A DNA stretch of 64,000 nt from the IMG/VR virus record IMGVR_UViG_3300037466_001520. One strand, given 5' to 3'. The stretch is from a virus. Lineage: Duplodnaviria > Heunggongvirae > Uroviricota > Caudoviricetes. Of this stretch, positions 45,147 through 55,434 are shown in pieces. The first letter of the stretch is position 1, and every line of letters starts with the position of its first letter. The notes beneath the pieces were generated by a model. The model did not search any database. It was not told the DNA's origin and saw only the letters and a list, made by a program, of their open reading frames with translations. The position numbers were made by a program, and so were the translations under genes.

Positions 45147-46829
45147 ATGAGCATTTTCTTCCGCAACACGGCAGAGAACGAGGACGGCGACGTAGTTTCG
45201 GGCGGCGAATACACCGCCAAGAAGTACAGCGCCCCTCGTTCTCTGACCGCGTCTGCCGCTCGCGTCAACATCAAGGACAACCGCGAGACCGAGGCGTTCA
45301 AGAAGCGCCGCCAGACCGACAAGTGGCAGGAAGAGGCATTCGACTACCTCGACCTCATCGGCGAGATCAAATTTTCCTCGAACATCATCGCGAATGTCAT
45401 CTCGCGCGTGAACCTCTACGCGGGGTACGTCGCGGACCCGTCTCAGGTCCCGGCCCGCATCGGCTCCATCGACCACCTAGAGGACGAGTACAAGGAGAAG
45501 GCCGACTCCGCGCTGTTCCTGCTCGAATCCAGCACCGGGGGCATGTCCGGGCTGCTGCGCAAGGCCGCTGAGAACCTCTTCACGACCGGCGAGTGCTACC
45601 TCGTGCGCGAGCCCGCCAAGCTCTCCATCGGCGAGCCGGAGAAGTGGCAAATCCGCTCCGTGGCCGAGCTGATCGCGATCACCAACCCGAACAAGCGCCC
45701 CGGCTCCCCGGCCAACCTCTATGCGATCAAGCCGCGCCGCGACTCCGAGCCCAAGGACTACACCGTCCTGCCGGAGAACTCCTTCATCGCGCGCATGTGG
45801 CGTCCGCACCCCCGCTACTCGGACGAGGCGGACTCGTCGATGCGCGGCATCCTCGACCTCTGCAACGACCTCCTGCTCATCACCCGAAACGCCTCGGGCG
45901 TGGCGAAGTCCCGCCTCAACAACGGCCTGCTCTTCCTGCCCGAGGGCCTCGCCATGGAGGCCGGAGCGCCGGACGACATGGACCTCGACGTCACCGAGGC
46001 TCAGGTGAACACCGACACCCTCGAAGAGGACATCCTCGACGCCTTCATCGAGCCGATCTCCGACCCGCAGTCCGCCTCCTCGGTCGCGCCGTTCATCATC
46101 CGTGGCCCCTCCGAACTCGGCGCTGCGATCAAGCACATCGAGTTCTCCCGCACCTTCGACCCGGCGCTCGCCAAGCAGGCCGACAAGCTGCTGGAGCGCA
46201 TCATCTCCGGCCTCGACCTGCCCAAGGAGATCGTCGGCGGGATGAGCACGCTCCGTGGGGCGAACGCGAAGATCGTCGAGGAGACGATGTTCTCCTCGCA
46301 CATCGAGCCGCTCGTGCTGCTGATCTGCGACATGATCACCATCGCCTTCCTGCGCCCGGTGCTGCGCTCCCTCGGCTACCCGGACCACATCGTCGCCCGC
46401 ACGGTCGTCTGGTACGACCCGAGCGCCGTCACCTCGCGCCCGTCCAAGGCCGAGTCCGCCACGCAGGGCTACGACAAGAACATCATCTCCGCAGACGCAT
46501 GGCGTCGTGCCCACGGCTTCGGCGTCGGCGATGCCCCGACCCAGCTTGAGATCGCCCAGAAGCTCGCCGTCGCCAAGGGCCTCATCTCCGAGCCGCTGGC
46601 CGAGAAGCTCATCGCCACGCTCCTGCCGGACCTCATGGGCGACCTCCGCAAGGAGCAGCTCCAGCAGTCCGACCCGAACTCGGCGAGCGCGCTCAACGAG
46701 GCCCTCGGAGAGCAGCCGGGTCCGGGAGACGAGGCACCTCAGGAGCCGACTCAAGATACAAAGAGTCAAGGCGACAGTGGTACAATTGACGATGAGAACA
46801 CCCCACCCGATCACCTGATGGAGCCGTAA
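45147..46829 (+). CDS. portal protein
   Basis: 560 aa at the head of the structural module; 'WQEEAFDYLDLIGEIKF..N..ANVISRVNLYAG'. Confidence 0.7.
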   Translation: MSIFFRNTAENEDGDVVSGGEYTAKKYSAPRSLTASAARVNIKDNRETEAFKKRRQTDKWQEEAFDYLDLIGEIKFSSNIIANVISRVNLYAGYVADPSQVPARIGSIDHLEDEYKEKADSALFLLESSTGGMSGLLRKAAENLFTTGECYLVREPAKLSIGEPEKWQIRSVAELIAITNPNKRPGSPANLYAIKPRRDSEPKDYTVLPENSFIARMWRPHPRYSDEADSSMRGILDLCNDLLLITRNASGVAKSRLNNGLLFLPEGLAMEAGAPDDMDLDVTEAQVNTDTLEEDILDAFIEPISDPQSASSVAPFIIRGPSELGAAIKHIEFSRTFDPALAKQADKLLERIISGLDLPKEIVGGMSTLRGANAKIVEETMFSSHIEPLVLLICDMITIAFLRPVLRSLGYPDHIVARTVVWYDPSAVTSRPSKAESATQGYDKNIISADAWRRAHGFGVGDAPTQLEIAQKLAVAKGLISEPLAEKLIATLLPDLMGDLRKEQLQQSDPNSASALNEALGEQPGPGDEAPQEPTQDTKSQGDSGTIDDENTPPDHLMEP

Positions 46830-46833
46830 AGAC

Positions 46834-49800
46834 ATGGCCGTTGACCGTCACGAACTCGTCAAGCACCAGCTACGCGATAGCCACGGTCGATGGATCAAAA
46901 TGGGCTTCAAGGTCAAGTGGCACGACTACTCCGGTGACCACACCGGAACGGTCGTGGACATCGACACCGACTCCCACACCGGCATGCCCAAGGCCATCGT
47001 GCGCGAGTACGACCACCACGGCCACGACATGGGCCACCAGAAGGAGATCCCGGGCCTCCAGCTCACGGTCATCCCGGCCAAGGCCGTCCTCAAGTACGAC
47101 GAGCACGGCAACCTCGAAGGCGTCGACGAGCACGCACCGCACGTGGGCCACGCACCGCTGATGCACTTGGCCTCGGAGCCGAACAAGGGCTACATCACGC
47201 TCGACGCCAAGGGCCACAACCCCATGACGGAGACCGCCAAGGACCACGGACACACCCAGAGCCTCAAGGACGCCAAGGTCGGCGACCAGCTCTACCCGGT
47301 GCACTGGAGCGAGTCCAACGGCACCTCGCCCTACAACCTCACCCAGCACAAGGTCCACCCCAAGCTCTCCACCAAGGACGGAGCTGGCGTCGGCACGGTC
47401 ATCAAGAACGACCCAGCCAAGGGATACATCGTCGTTAAGCACCCGGACGGCTCCACCAGCGCGCCCTCGAAGAATCACTTCGGCGTCTTCCGCAACGCCA
47501 GCGCCGACACGGCCCTGATGAAGGCACACAAGAAGGCCGTCGACGAGGGCCACCACTTCCACGTCGGCCACAAGGGCGAGTGGATCCCCGAGCTTGCCAA
47601 GGACCACCCGGACCACGACACGCACGAGGAGCCGAAGGCACCGGAGCCGGTCCAGCACGTCGAAGAGCACCCGGTAGCGCCGAACCACGAGCCCGACCAC
47701 CACATCACCGCAGAGCAGTCCAAGGCCACCGGCCTGATCACCGTCCAGTCCTCGGACCACACGGACATCACCACCCCCGTCTCGGACCTCAAGGTCGGGG
47801 ACCAGCTCTACCCCCGCCACGCGATGGACACCTTCGGACAGAACCCCTACGCCTCGACCGGGGCGATGGGCATGAACAAGGTCCGCGTGGAGCCGCTCTC
47901 CCACTTCGGCCTCGGCACCGTCTCCAAGGTCGACCCGGCCAAGGGCGAGGTCAAGGTCAAGACCGCCAACGGCAGCACCTACACGCTCAAGTTCGACCGC
48001 AACGTCTTCAAGCGCACCCCCGAGCACGACAAGACGCTCTCGGACTCCTTCGAGGGCTACAAGAGCACCATCCCGTCTTCGATGCGCTGGATGGAGGGAC
48101 TCGCCGGGGCCAAGGAGGTCGCGCCGGAGAACAAGTCCAACGAGCACGACGCCAACATCCTCAAGTACGACGGGACCACCCTCGACCAACTCCCGAAGGA
48201 GGCCGTGAAGGAACTCCCGGTCGGGACCAAGATCACCCAAGCGAACACTGGCGGGAAGTACTGGCAGAAGGACGCCCCCAACCAGTGGAACAAGTACCAC
48301 CAGACCGGGGTCAAGCTCTCCTCCTTCGCCATCCCGGACAGCAACATCGAGTCCTCCATCGGATCTTCCTCGGCGAAGAACGAGAAGATCTCCATCCCGC
48401 AGCCCGGACCGGAGCACCACGCAGACGCGCATGCCCCCGAGGAGCACGCACCGGCTGCTGAGGCCCCGCACGTCGAGTCGCACGCCGAGGCGGAGCACAC
48501 CGCAGAGGTCGCCGACCACCCGATGAGCATCGAGGGCTGGCAGAAGATCGCTGGCAAGTCCGGGTCCAACCCGGGAGGGGTCTACAAGGACCCGTCCGGC
48601 AAGGAGTGGATGGTCAAGTTCCCGCAGACCTCCGACCACGCCCGCAACGAAGTCCTCGCCGCAAACCTGACCAAGCTCGGTGGCATCGAGGCCACCGACA
48701 TGCAGCTCATCGACGCCGGGAACGGCAAGCTCGGCGTGGCCGCTCCGATGGTCAAGATCAAGAGCGACCTCAAGCACCAAGTCGACACCAACCCGGAGTT
48801 CAAGCACAAGGTGCAGGACGGCTTCGCCGTGGACGCATGGCTGGCGAACTGGGACACTGTCGGGCTCGACTTCGACAACATCGTCTCGGACGAGAACGGC
48901 AACCCGCTCCGCGTCGACCCGGGAGGCTCGCTCCTGTACCGCGCCATGGGCGCACCCAAGGGCAACGCCTTCGGGAACTCCGTTGGCGAGTGGGACACGC
49001 TCCGCAACGGCTCCAACTGGCAGACCGCGCACGTCTTCGGCGACATGACCGACCAGCAGCTCATCGACTCGGCCAAGCACGTCGAGGCCATCTCCCCTGA
49101 GGAGATCGCCAAGCAGGTCGACGCCATGGGCTTCGACGAGGCCAAGACCAAGGAACTCAAGGACAAGCTCATCGCCCGCCGCGAGGACATCATCGCCCGC
49201 GCCGCAGCGCTCAAGCCTGCCGAGGAGCAGCACGCCCCCGAGCCAGCGCACGAGGAGCCCGTCCACGCACCGGCAGCGCAGGAGCCCCAGCACGAAGAGG
49301 CCCCTGCGCCGACCGAGCCTGCCCACGCCCCCGCAGAGGAGCCGAAGGCAGAAGCCCCTGCCGGGGACCACCAGCCAGCCCCCGAGCAGCACGAGGTTCA
49401 GAAGGAGGAAGCCCCAGCTTCGTCCTCCGAGTCCTCCTCGCACGCCGGGGACCCTTTCGCGAGCCACCAGTTCATCGACAAGGGCAAGACCACCACTGAC
49501 TCCAACGGGGATACCCTCAAGGTCGGCGACCTAATCAACCACAAGAGCGGAAAGCACGGCACCGGAAAGGTTCTCAAGGTTCTCCCGTCGACCGAGTCGG
49601 TCCACGTCGTCTACCCAGATGGCACCGAGGCCAAGCACCAAGGGCACACGGTCACCAAGGTCAACGAGCACGTCGAGCCGAAGGCCGCTGAGGAGCTCCC
49701 CAAGCTCGCACCGGGCGAGTACCACCACGACTCCGCCACCGGAAAGAGCTACATCGGCGCGAAGGACGGAACTCCTCTCGCTGTCGGCGACCGCGTCACC

Positions 49801-52800
49801 TACACCAAGCAGGGGCAGACCAAGGCCGGGAAGATCAAGGCCATCTACAAGGGCGACAACGCCGTTGCGATCACGTGGGACGACGGCTCGACCTCGGGCA
49901 CTAAGAAGAAGGCCTCCGCGATCCTCAAGGAAGAGGCCCCCAAGTCCGAGGAGCCCAAGGCCGAGGAGCACGCTCCGTCCGCAGAGGCACCGAACGAGGA
50001 GCCCAAGGCTGAGGACCACGCCCCTGCCGAGGAGGCTCCGTCCGAGCCTGCCCACGAGGAGGCACCCAAGGCCGAAGAGCCTGCCCACGAGGAGCCGAAG
50101 GCAGAGGAGCCAGCAGCTCCCGCCGAGGGGACCCTGCTCAAGGATCTCACCGACGAGCAGGTACTCAACGCACCTGTTGGGTCCAAGCTCAACCCGACCG
50201 GACCCGGCAACCACACCCTCACGAAGCAGGCGGACGGACTCTGGCACAGCCCGACAGGGGCCACCTTCGAGGGCCACCAGCTCAACGTCGGCAAGAACCA
50301 CTCCTCCGGCGACAAGTACGCCTTCGAGCCCGCCAAGGCCGGTGAGCACGCTCCTGAGTCGACCGCCCCCGAGGAGCACGCTCCGGCAGCAGAAGAGCCT
50401 AAGGCCGAGGGCCACATTCTCTCCGAGTACGACAACAACGAAATCAAGGCCCTCGCCAAGGGGACCGAGATCGTCGGACCGCAGGGGCAGAAGTTCGTCA
50501 AGGTCGGTCACGACGCATGGCAGGCGTACCTGCCTGACGGCTCCGTTGCTGGGGACGAGTCCCACACGTTCAACGACGCCGTCATCGGCGTGCTCGCGCA
50601 CCACGAAGACGGCAACGGAATGGCACAGGAGTGGACCGTCCACGAGCCTAACGGCGAGCACGCCCCCGAGACACCTCACGAGGGCTCTCAGGAGCCTGCC
50701 GGAGGCTCCGAGGATTGGAAGGTCGGCACCGAGTCCAACGGGGCCAGCCTCAAGGCTGAGCAGGCTCCTGTCGGCACGGAGATGTCTTCCGTGGGCTGGG
50801 GCCAGACCCTCATCAAGGTCGGTCCGAACCAGTGGCAGAACGTCTGGCCTGACGGCGACGTCGAGCCCGGATATCGCGAGGACCACGAAGTCCAGCAGAT
50901 TCTTGACATGCCTACCGAGAACTGGAAGGTCAACTCTCTCAACGCATCGGAGAAGACCGACGACGGGCACGCGGAGAACTCCGTCATGCCTCCGCACATC
51001 GTCAACCCGGACAACTTCGGACCCGGCTACCACTACAACACCGCCAGCGCTGGCACCTTCCTGAACGCCGACGATGGCGAGGCCATCGAGGTCAAGAACA
51101 AGGCCGACAACTCATTCGTCGGAACCTTCGTCAAGGATGATCAGGGCGGCTGGGATCACTACGGCAAGACCGGCGACTACGAGGGCAAGGTCTCGGCCAA
51201 CGATCTCGTTGACCAGTATGGCAACGGCGACCACTCCGTCGTCTCCTACCTCGCCACCAACGGCTACCAAGGCCCGAACACCGGACAGGAGTCCGCTCCG
51301 GGGCACGCCGAGATGCCGCACGCTCCGAACGAGGGCGGACAGCCGCCTGCCAGCTCGCTCAGCCCGCTCGTCGGGATGAAGGTCTCGAACATCGAGGGCT
51401 TTGACCCGAACGCACTCCCGCACGGGACCAAGCTCGTCAACGGTCAGGGTCAGGCCATGATCAAGACCTCCGCTGGCTGGAAGCTCCACGCCCCGGGCAC
51501 CGACGAGCACAACGAGACCATCACCAAGGGCCTCGGCAACTCCATGCTCCAAGGCGAGGGCGGAGAGGACTGGACCGTCGCTGGACTCGGCACCGGAGAG
51601 GACTTCCTCGCCCAGCCGCAGATCGGCGGCGCTGACCTCAAGGGCTACGAGGGCAAGCGCCTCTTCGAGATGCCCCCGGTCAACCTCGCCAGCGCGCTCC
51701 CGGGGACCGTCTTCTCCAAGGACGACGGCTCGATCAAGTACACCAAGCTCGGGGACAACGTCTGGCAGGTCTCCGGGCAGGACTGGACCCACTCCGAGAC
51801 GTGGTCCGATCAGGCGGTCAAGGACGTCCTCTACAACCAGACGGACGGGACGATCAACCACCAGCTCACCAGCGCCGGGGAGATCCCGACCGAGGGCGAC
51901 AACGCCGAGAGCCTGTCCAACCACACGGAGGACTCCTTCAAGAACCTGCCCAAGGGAACCCAGATCACCTACACCGGGATCAACGGCAACAAGGGCACCT
52001 ACACGAAGATGACCGACGCGGGCAAGTGGGAGTTCACCGGGGCCGGGTACTCCCTGCCGTCCTCGCAGACGATCACCAACGACGAGTTCCAGCACATCCT
52101 AGGGACCGACAAGGGCAAGGACTACAAGGTCACCCCGCCCAAGCCGGAGGAGCCTGCCGTCCCCGAGGCACCTCAGGTCGAGGACCCATATCACAAGAGC
52201 GGCTTCAAGCCGGACGCGGAGTACTACAAGACGCTCCCAGCCGGGACCACGATCCGCCGCGAGATCTCCTACCTCACCGGGCAGCACTACTACTCGGTGA
52301 AGCAGGAGGACGGCTCGTGGACGATCATGAAGAAGACCCCGTCCACGCTCAAGGTCTACAAGGAGAACGTCACCTCCGACGAACTGCCCTACGCGATGTA
52401 TACGAGCGGCTACAACAGCACCGTCTCGATCTCGATCCCGAAGGGCACCGACGAGCACTTCACCACCGGAACCGGTGAGATCGGCTACGTCGGCGACACC
52501 GTCATCCACGACGGGCAGGCCTACAAGGTTCTCAAGATCAACAAGACGGGCCTCAAGCTCCAAGCAGAGGACGGCAGCGCCCCGATCACGGTCAAGCCCG
52601 CCAAGCTCGCCATGGACGAGGAGTACGGCAAGAAGAAGTACACCGAGTCCCAGAGCACGCACACGTTCGTCATGGATCCGATCAGCAGCTCCTTCGACCA
52701 GCACCTCCAGAAGCAGGCCGAGGAGAACAAGCTCAAGAACTTCGCCGGAGCGGACGCGAGCGAATACGACGCTCAGGGCCTCGCCATGCCACACGACGCG

Positions 52801-54720
52801 AACCCGAGCTTCGACAACGGCATCAAGGCCTACGACGCCGGACCCGTCGACACGACCAACCCGCTCTACGGTGCGGAGAAGCCCACCGAGCCGACCCTTG
52901 AGCTTCCCGACATGCAGCTCCCGTCCAAGTGGGACAGTGCCGCATGGCTGGATGCCGTCAAGCAGCGCTACCTTGAGAACCCGAACAAGGCCAAGGACTC
53001 GCTGGAGCAGTCGAACAAGTGGAGCACCGTCCAAGACGTCGTCACCAACGGCAACAAGGACGCGCTCAAGAAGCTCCTCGACTCCCAGTACGTGGACCAG
53101 AACCTCTACGACGACGCGCTGACCAAGATCGACGCTGGCAACGCCCAGTACGAGGCCGAGAAGGCGAAGTACGAGGACGCCGTCAAGGCCGCGACCGAGA
53201 AGTACAACGCCGATAAGGCGCAGTACGACTCCGAGCTTGAGGCGTGGCAGAAGGCCAACCCTTCGGCCATCGACCAGCCGTACGTGGCCGCTGTCCTGCC
53301 GTCCGTCTCGACCGAGAACTTCACCGGGCAGCAGGCGGACTGGACCAAGGCACACATCGGGACCCACACCGCTGCCACGGTCATGTCCGCGATCAAGGAC
53401 GACAACGTCCTCGGCAAGCACGGCCTATCCTTCGCGGTCGACTCTGACCAGATCGAGCACCTCGACGTCAAGACCACCAAGGTTCTCAACACCCAAGGAG
53501 ATCAGGTCTTCGAGTTCAAGTTCAAGGTCACCGGACCGCACGGCGACGTCATCGAGCAGCAGCTCAAGGACCGAGGCGTGTCCACGGAGACCGGCGCATG
53601 GCTTAACAAGATGGTGCACGACGATGCGACCGGCCTGCTCAAGGACACCGGGACGGTCATGAAGTCCACACACACCGGAACCCGCTACAGCTACAAGGAC
53701 GCGGAGACCGGGGCTAACGTCATCTTCCAGAAGTCGAGCGCCGGGTATGACGAGCTGAACAAGTCGAACTACAACAACACCGTCCGCATCCACATGCCGC
53801 TCGGTTCGACTCCCGAGGATTTCCAGAAGACTATCGCAAATCTCGGCATCACCAACGCCCGCCCGTCGAGCGAGGGAGACATCCGCGTCTTCGCCGAGAA
53901 CCAGCTCATCTCCATGTTCGGACGAAATGCCCACGGCATCACCACCTACGACCCGAACCACAACCACTCGGGAGAGGCCCGCAAGAAGCAGCTCGCGGAC
54001 ATCGCCGAGAGGTACGGCCTGACCCCGGACGACCTCACCTTCAAGACCGAGGTCAACGGGCGAGTCCGCTTCGAGGTCTCCGACGCGAAGGCTCAGGCGC
54101 TCGCGGAGAAGTACCACGTGAACTTCCTCCAGCACCACGTCTCCGGAGGAACCGAGCACGACACGTGGCTGAACATCCTCGCTGGCGACACCCCGGGCCT
54201 CCTCTCGACCTACCACCGCTGGTCGGAGGGCATCGACAAGGAGGGCGCGTCCTCGGGGGCCGACATCAGGAACGGCGCGGGAGACTACGTCTACCTGACC
54301 CCACAGGGCTCCTTCAACATCGACGAGGCGGCGAAGTACGGGCCGAAGGTCATCGTCAAGCCGTCCGGACTGTTCAAGCGACTCGACTACTGGGCGAACG
54401 TCAGTGATAGCTGGGGCCTCCGAGGGGGTGGGAAGGGCTCGTCCACGACGACGGTCGGTGACCTCTTCGACAAGAACACGAGCCACAACAACCTCGGCAT
54501 CTACGAAGTCCTGCCCAAGGACACCGTCCCGATCAAGGACTTCTCCCACGTCGTGATGCCGAAGGAGGGCTCGTACGGGGTACCGGAAGGATTCCGTCAG
54601 GGGCTCATCGACAAGCTCAAGGCCAAGGGCATCTACGCGATCAACGGGATCCCGGTCGAGGACTTCATCCAGCCCTACTCGGGCGGGACGGTCCCGACGA
54701 ACCTGACCGAGTGGAGTTAA
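46834..54720 (+). CDS. 2628-aa polyvalent virion-associated protein (atypical kinase, Tudor/KOW and LPxGT repeats, C-terminal ART-like domain)
   Basis: follows portal; kinase motifs about 48540-49200; DarT/OspC-like motifs about 54110-54600. Confidence 0.75.
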   Translation: MAVDRHELVKHQLRDSHGRWIKMGFKVKWHDYSGDHTGTVVDIDTDSHTGMPKAIVREYDHHGHDMGHQKEIPGLQLTVIPAKAVLKYDEHGNLEGVDEHAPHVGHAPLMHLASEPNKGYITLDAKGHNPMTETAKDHGHTQSLKDAKVGDQLYPVHWSESNGTSPYNLTQHKVHPKLSTKDGAGVGTVIKNDPAKGYIVVKHPDGSTSAPSKNHFGVFRNASADTALMKAHKKAVDEGHHFHVGHKGEWIPELAKDHPDHDTHEEPKAPEPVQHVEEHPVAPNHEPDHHITAEQSKATGLITVQSSDHTDITTPVSDLKVGDQLYPRHAMDTFGQNPYASTGAMGMNKVRVEPLSHFGLGTVSKVDPAKGEVKVKTANGSTYTLKFDRNVFKRTPEHDKTLSDSFEGYKSTIPSSMRWMEGLAGAKEVAPENKSNEHDANILKYDGTTLDQLPKEAVKELPVGTKITQANTGGKYWQKDAPNQWNKYHQTGVKLSSFAIPDSNIESSIGSSSAKNEKISIPQPGPEHHADAHAPEEHAPAAEAPHVESHAEAEHTAEVADHPMSIEGWQKIAGKSGSNPGGVYKDPSGKEWMVKFPQTSDHARNEVLAANLTKLGGIEATDMQLIDAGNGKLGVAAPMVKIKSDLKHQVDTNPEFKHKVQDGFAVDAWLANWDTVGLDFDNIVSDENGNPLRVDPGGSLLYRAMGAPKGNAFGNSVGEWDTLRNGSNWQTAHVFGDMTDQQLIDSAKHVEAISPEEIAKQVDAMGFDEAKTKELKDKLIARREDIIARAAALKPAEEQHAPEPAHEEPVHAPAAQEPQHEEAPAPTEPAHAPAEEPKAEAPAGDHQPAPEQHEVQKEEAPASSSESSSHAGDPFASHQFIDKGKTTTDSNGDTLKVGDLINHKSGKHGTGKVLKVLPSTESVHVVYPDGTEAKHQGHTVTKVNEHVEPKAAEELPKLAPGEYHHDSATGKSYIGAKDGTPLAVGDRVTYTKQGQTKAGKIKAIYKGDNAVAITWDDGSTSGTKKKASAILKEEAPKSEEPKAEEHAPSAEAPNEEPKAEDHAPAEEAPSEPAHEEAPKAEEPAHEEPKAEEPAAPAEGTLLKDLTDEQVLNAPVGSKLNPTGPGNHTLTKQADGLWHSPTGATFEGHQLNVGKNHSSGDKYAFEPAKAGEHAPESTAPEEHAPAAEEPKAEGHILSEYDNNEIKALAKGTEIVGPQGQKFVKVGHDAWQAYLPDGSVAGDESHTFNDAVIGVLAHHEDGNGMAQEWTVHEPNGEHAPETPHEGSQEPAGGSEDWKVGTESNGASLKAEQAPVGTEMSSVGWGQTLIKVGPNQWQNVWPDGDVEPGYREDHEVQQILDMPTENWKVNSLNASEKTDDGHAENSVMPPHIVNPDNFGPGYHYNTASAGTFLNADDGEAIEVKNKADNSFVGTFVKDDQGGWDHYGKTGDYEGKVSANDLVDQYGNGDHSVVSYLATNGYQGPNTGQESAPGHAEMPHAPNEGGQPPASSLSPLVGMKVSNIEGFDPNALPHGTKLVNGQGQAMIKTSAGWKLHAPGTDEHNETITKGLGNSMLQGEGGEDWTVAGLGTGEDFLAQPQIGGADLKGYEGKRLFEMPPVNLASALPGTVFSKDDGSIKYTKLGDNVWQVSGQDWTHSETWSDQAVKDVLYNQTDGTINHQLTSAGEIPTEGDNAESLSNHTEDSFKNLPKGTQITYTGINGNKGTYTKMTDAGKWEFTGAGYSLPSSQTITNDEFQHILGTDKGKDYKVTPPKPEEPAVPEAPQVEDPYHKSGFKPDAEYYKTLPAGTTIRREISYLTGQHYYSVKQEDGSWTIMKKTPSTLKVYKENVTSDELPYAMYTSGYNSTVSISIPKGTDEHFTTGTGEIGYVGDTVIHDGQAYKVLKINKTGLKLQAEDGSAPITVKPAKLAMDEEYGKKKYTESQSTHTFVMDPISSSFDQHLQKQAEENKLKNFAGADASEYDAQGLAMPHDANPSFDNGIKAYDAGPVDTTNPLYGAEKPTEPTLELPDMQLPSKWDSAAWLDAVKQRYLENPNKAKDSLEQSNKWSTVQDVVTNGNKDALKKLLDSQYVDQNLYDDALTKIDAGNAQYEAEKAKYEDAVKAATEKYNADKAQYDSELEAWQKANPSAIDQPYVAAVLPSVSTENFTGQQADWTKAHIGTHTAATVMSAIKDDNVLGKHGLSFAVDSDQIEHLDVKTTKVLNTQGDQVFEFKFKVTGPHGDVIEQQLKDRGVSTETGAWLNKMVHDDATGLLKDTGTVMKSTHTGTRYSYKDAETGANVIFQKSSAGYDELNKSNYNNTVRIHMPLGSTPEDFQKTIANLGITNARPSSEGDIRVFAENQLISMFGRNAHGITTYDPNHNHSGEARKKQLADIAERYGLTPDDLTFKTEVNGRVRFEVSDAKAQALAEKYHVNFLQHHVSGGTEHDTWLNILAGDTPGLLSTYHRWSEGIDKEGASSGADIRNGAGDYVYLTPQGSFNIDEAAKYGPKVIVKPSGLFKRLDYWANVSDSWGLRGGGKGSSTTTVGDLFDKNTSHNNLGIYEVLPKDTVPIKDFSHVVMPKEGSYGVPEGFRQGLIDKLKAKGIYAINGIPVEDFIQPYSGGTVPTNLTEWS

Positions 54721-54738
54721 GGATGGTATATTAGGAAG

Positions 54739-55365
54739 ATGGACCCTAATACCTACAACATCATCGCCAGTTTCGCAAACTCCGACACTCCGCTCCGCGA
54801 GGACCACAACGGAGTGATCGGGGTTGCGAGGCTACAGGCTGAGCCAGACGGCTATGCCGTGATCTACGACAACAACCGGGCCTTCAATGTCACCGGGTAC
54901 AACGTATCCGCTTCCGACGACTCGATCAAGTTCTACAAGGACGAGTCGTACTTCGAGCTGAGCCCATTGACACTGGAGACCCCGCAAGAGGTGTGGCCCG
55001 GGGCCACACGCACCTTCCCAACACTAGACCACGTCGAGGAAATGGCCGTGACCGCAATCAAGAACGCCGACAGCTACGCCCCCAACACCGAGGATCCGGA
55101 GACGCTATACTTCTCCCTCGACGACAAGGGCAACGTCCTCGAACTCACCAAGGACACCGCTGACGGCGACATGTTCTACTGGGAAAACGGCGACTGGCAA
55201 CCGGTGACGGCTGACGGCGACTACCCGACGATCTACGACCGCCCGCTCCTTGAGGTGGCCCGCGACGACAACGGACTCGCCATCCAGTTCTGGACGAAGG
55301 TGCAGGAGAACGGCCAGAGCGCGACCAAGGACGACGTCACGCGCTTCGCCAAGCTCTACCAGTAG
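54739..55365 (+). CDS. hypothetical protein, probably structural
   Basis: position in head module. Confidence 0.65.
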   Translation: MDPNTYNIIASFANSDTPLREDHNGVIGVARLQAEPDGYAVIYDNNRAFNVTGYNVSASDDSIKFYKDESYFELSPLTLETPQEVWPGATRTFPTLDHVEEMAVTAIKNADSYAPNTEDPETLYFSLDDKGNVLELTKDTADGDMFYWENGDWQPVTADGDYPTIYDRPLLEVARDDNGLAIQFWTKVQENGQSATKDDVTRFAKLYQ

Positions 55366-55434
55366 GCTTGCGCCCGGGTATTCGACACTGTATGCTATAA
55401 TGGGCGAGTATGATATCTGCTCGTTAGGGTCTAC

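Noticed and set aside
46870-49467. 865-aa minus-strand ORF (and others across 45-63 kb)
   Set aside because: Antisense shadows of the structural genes.
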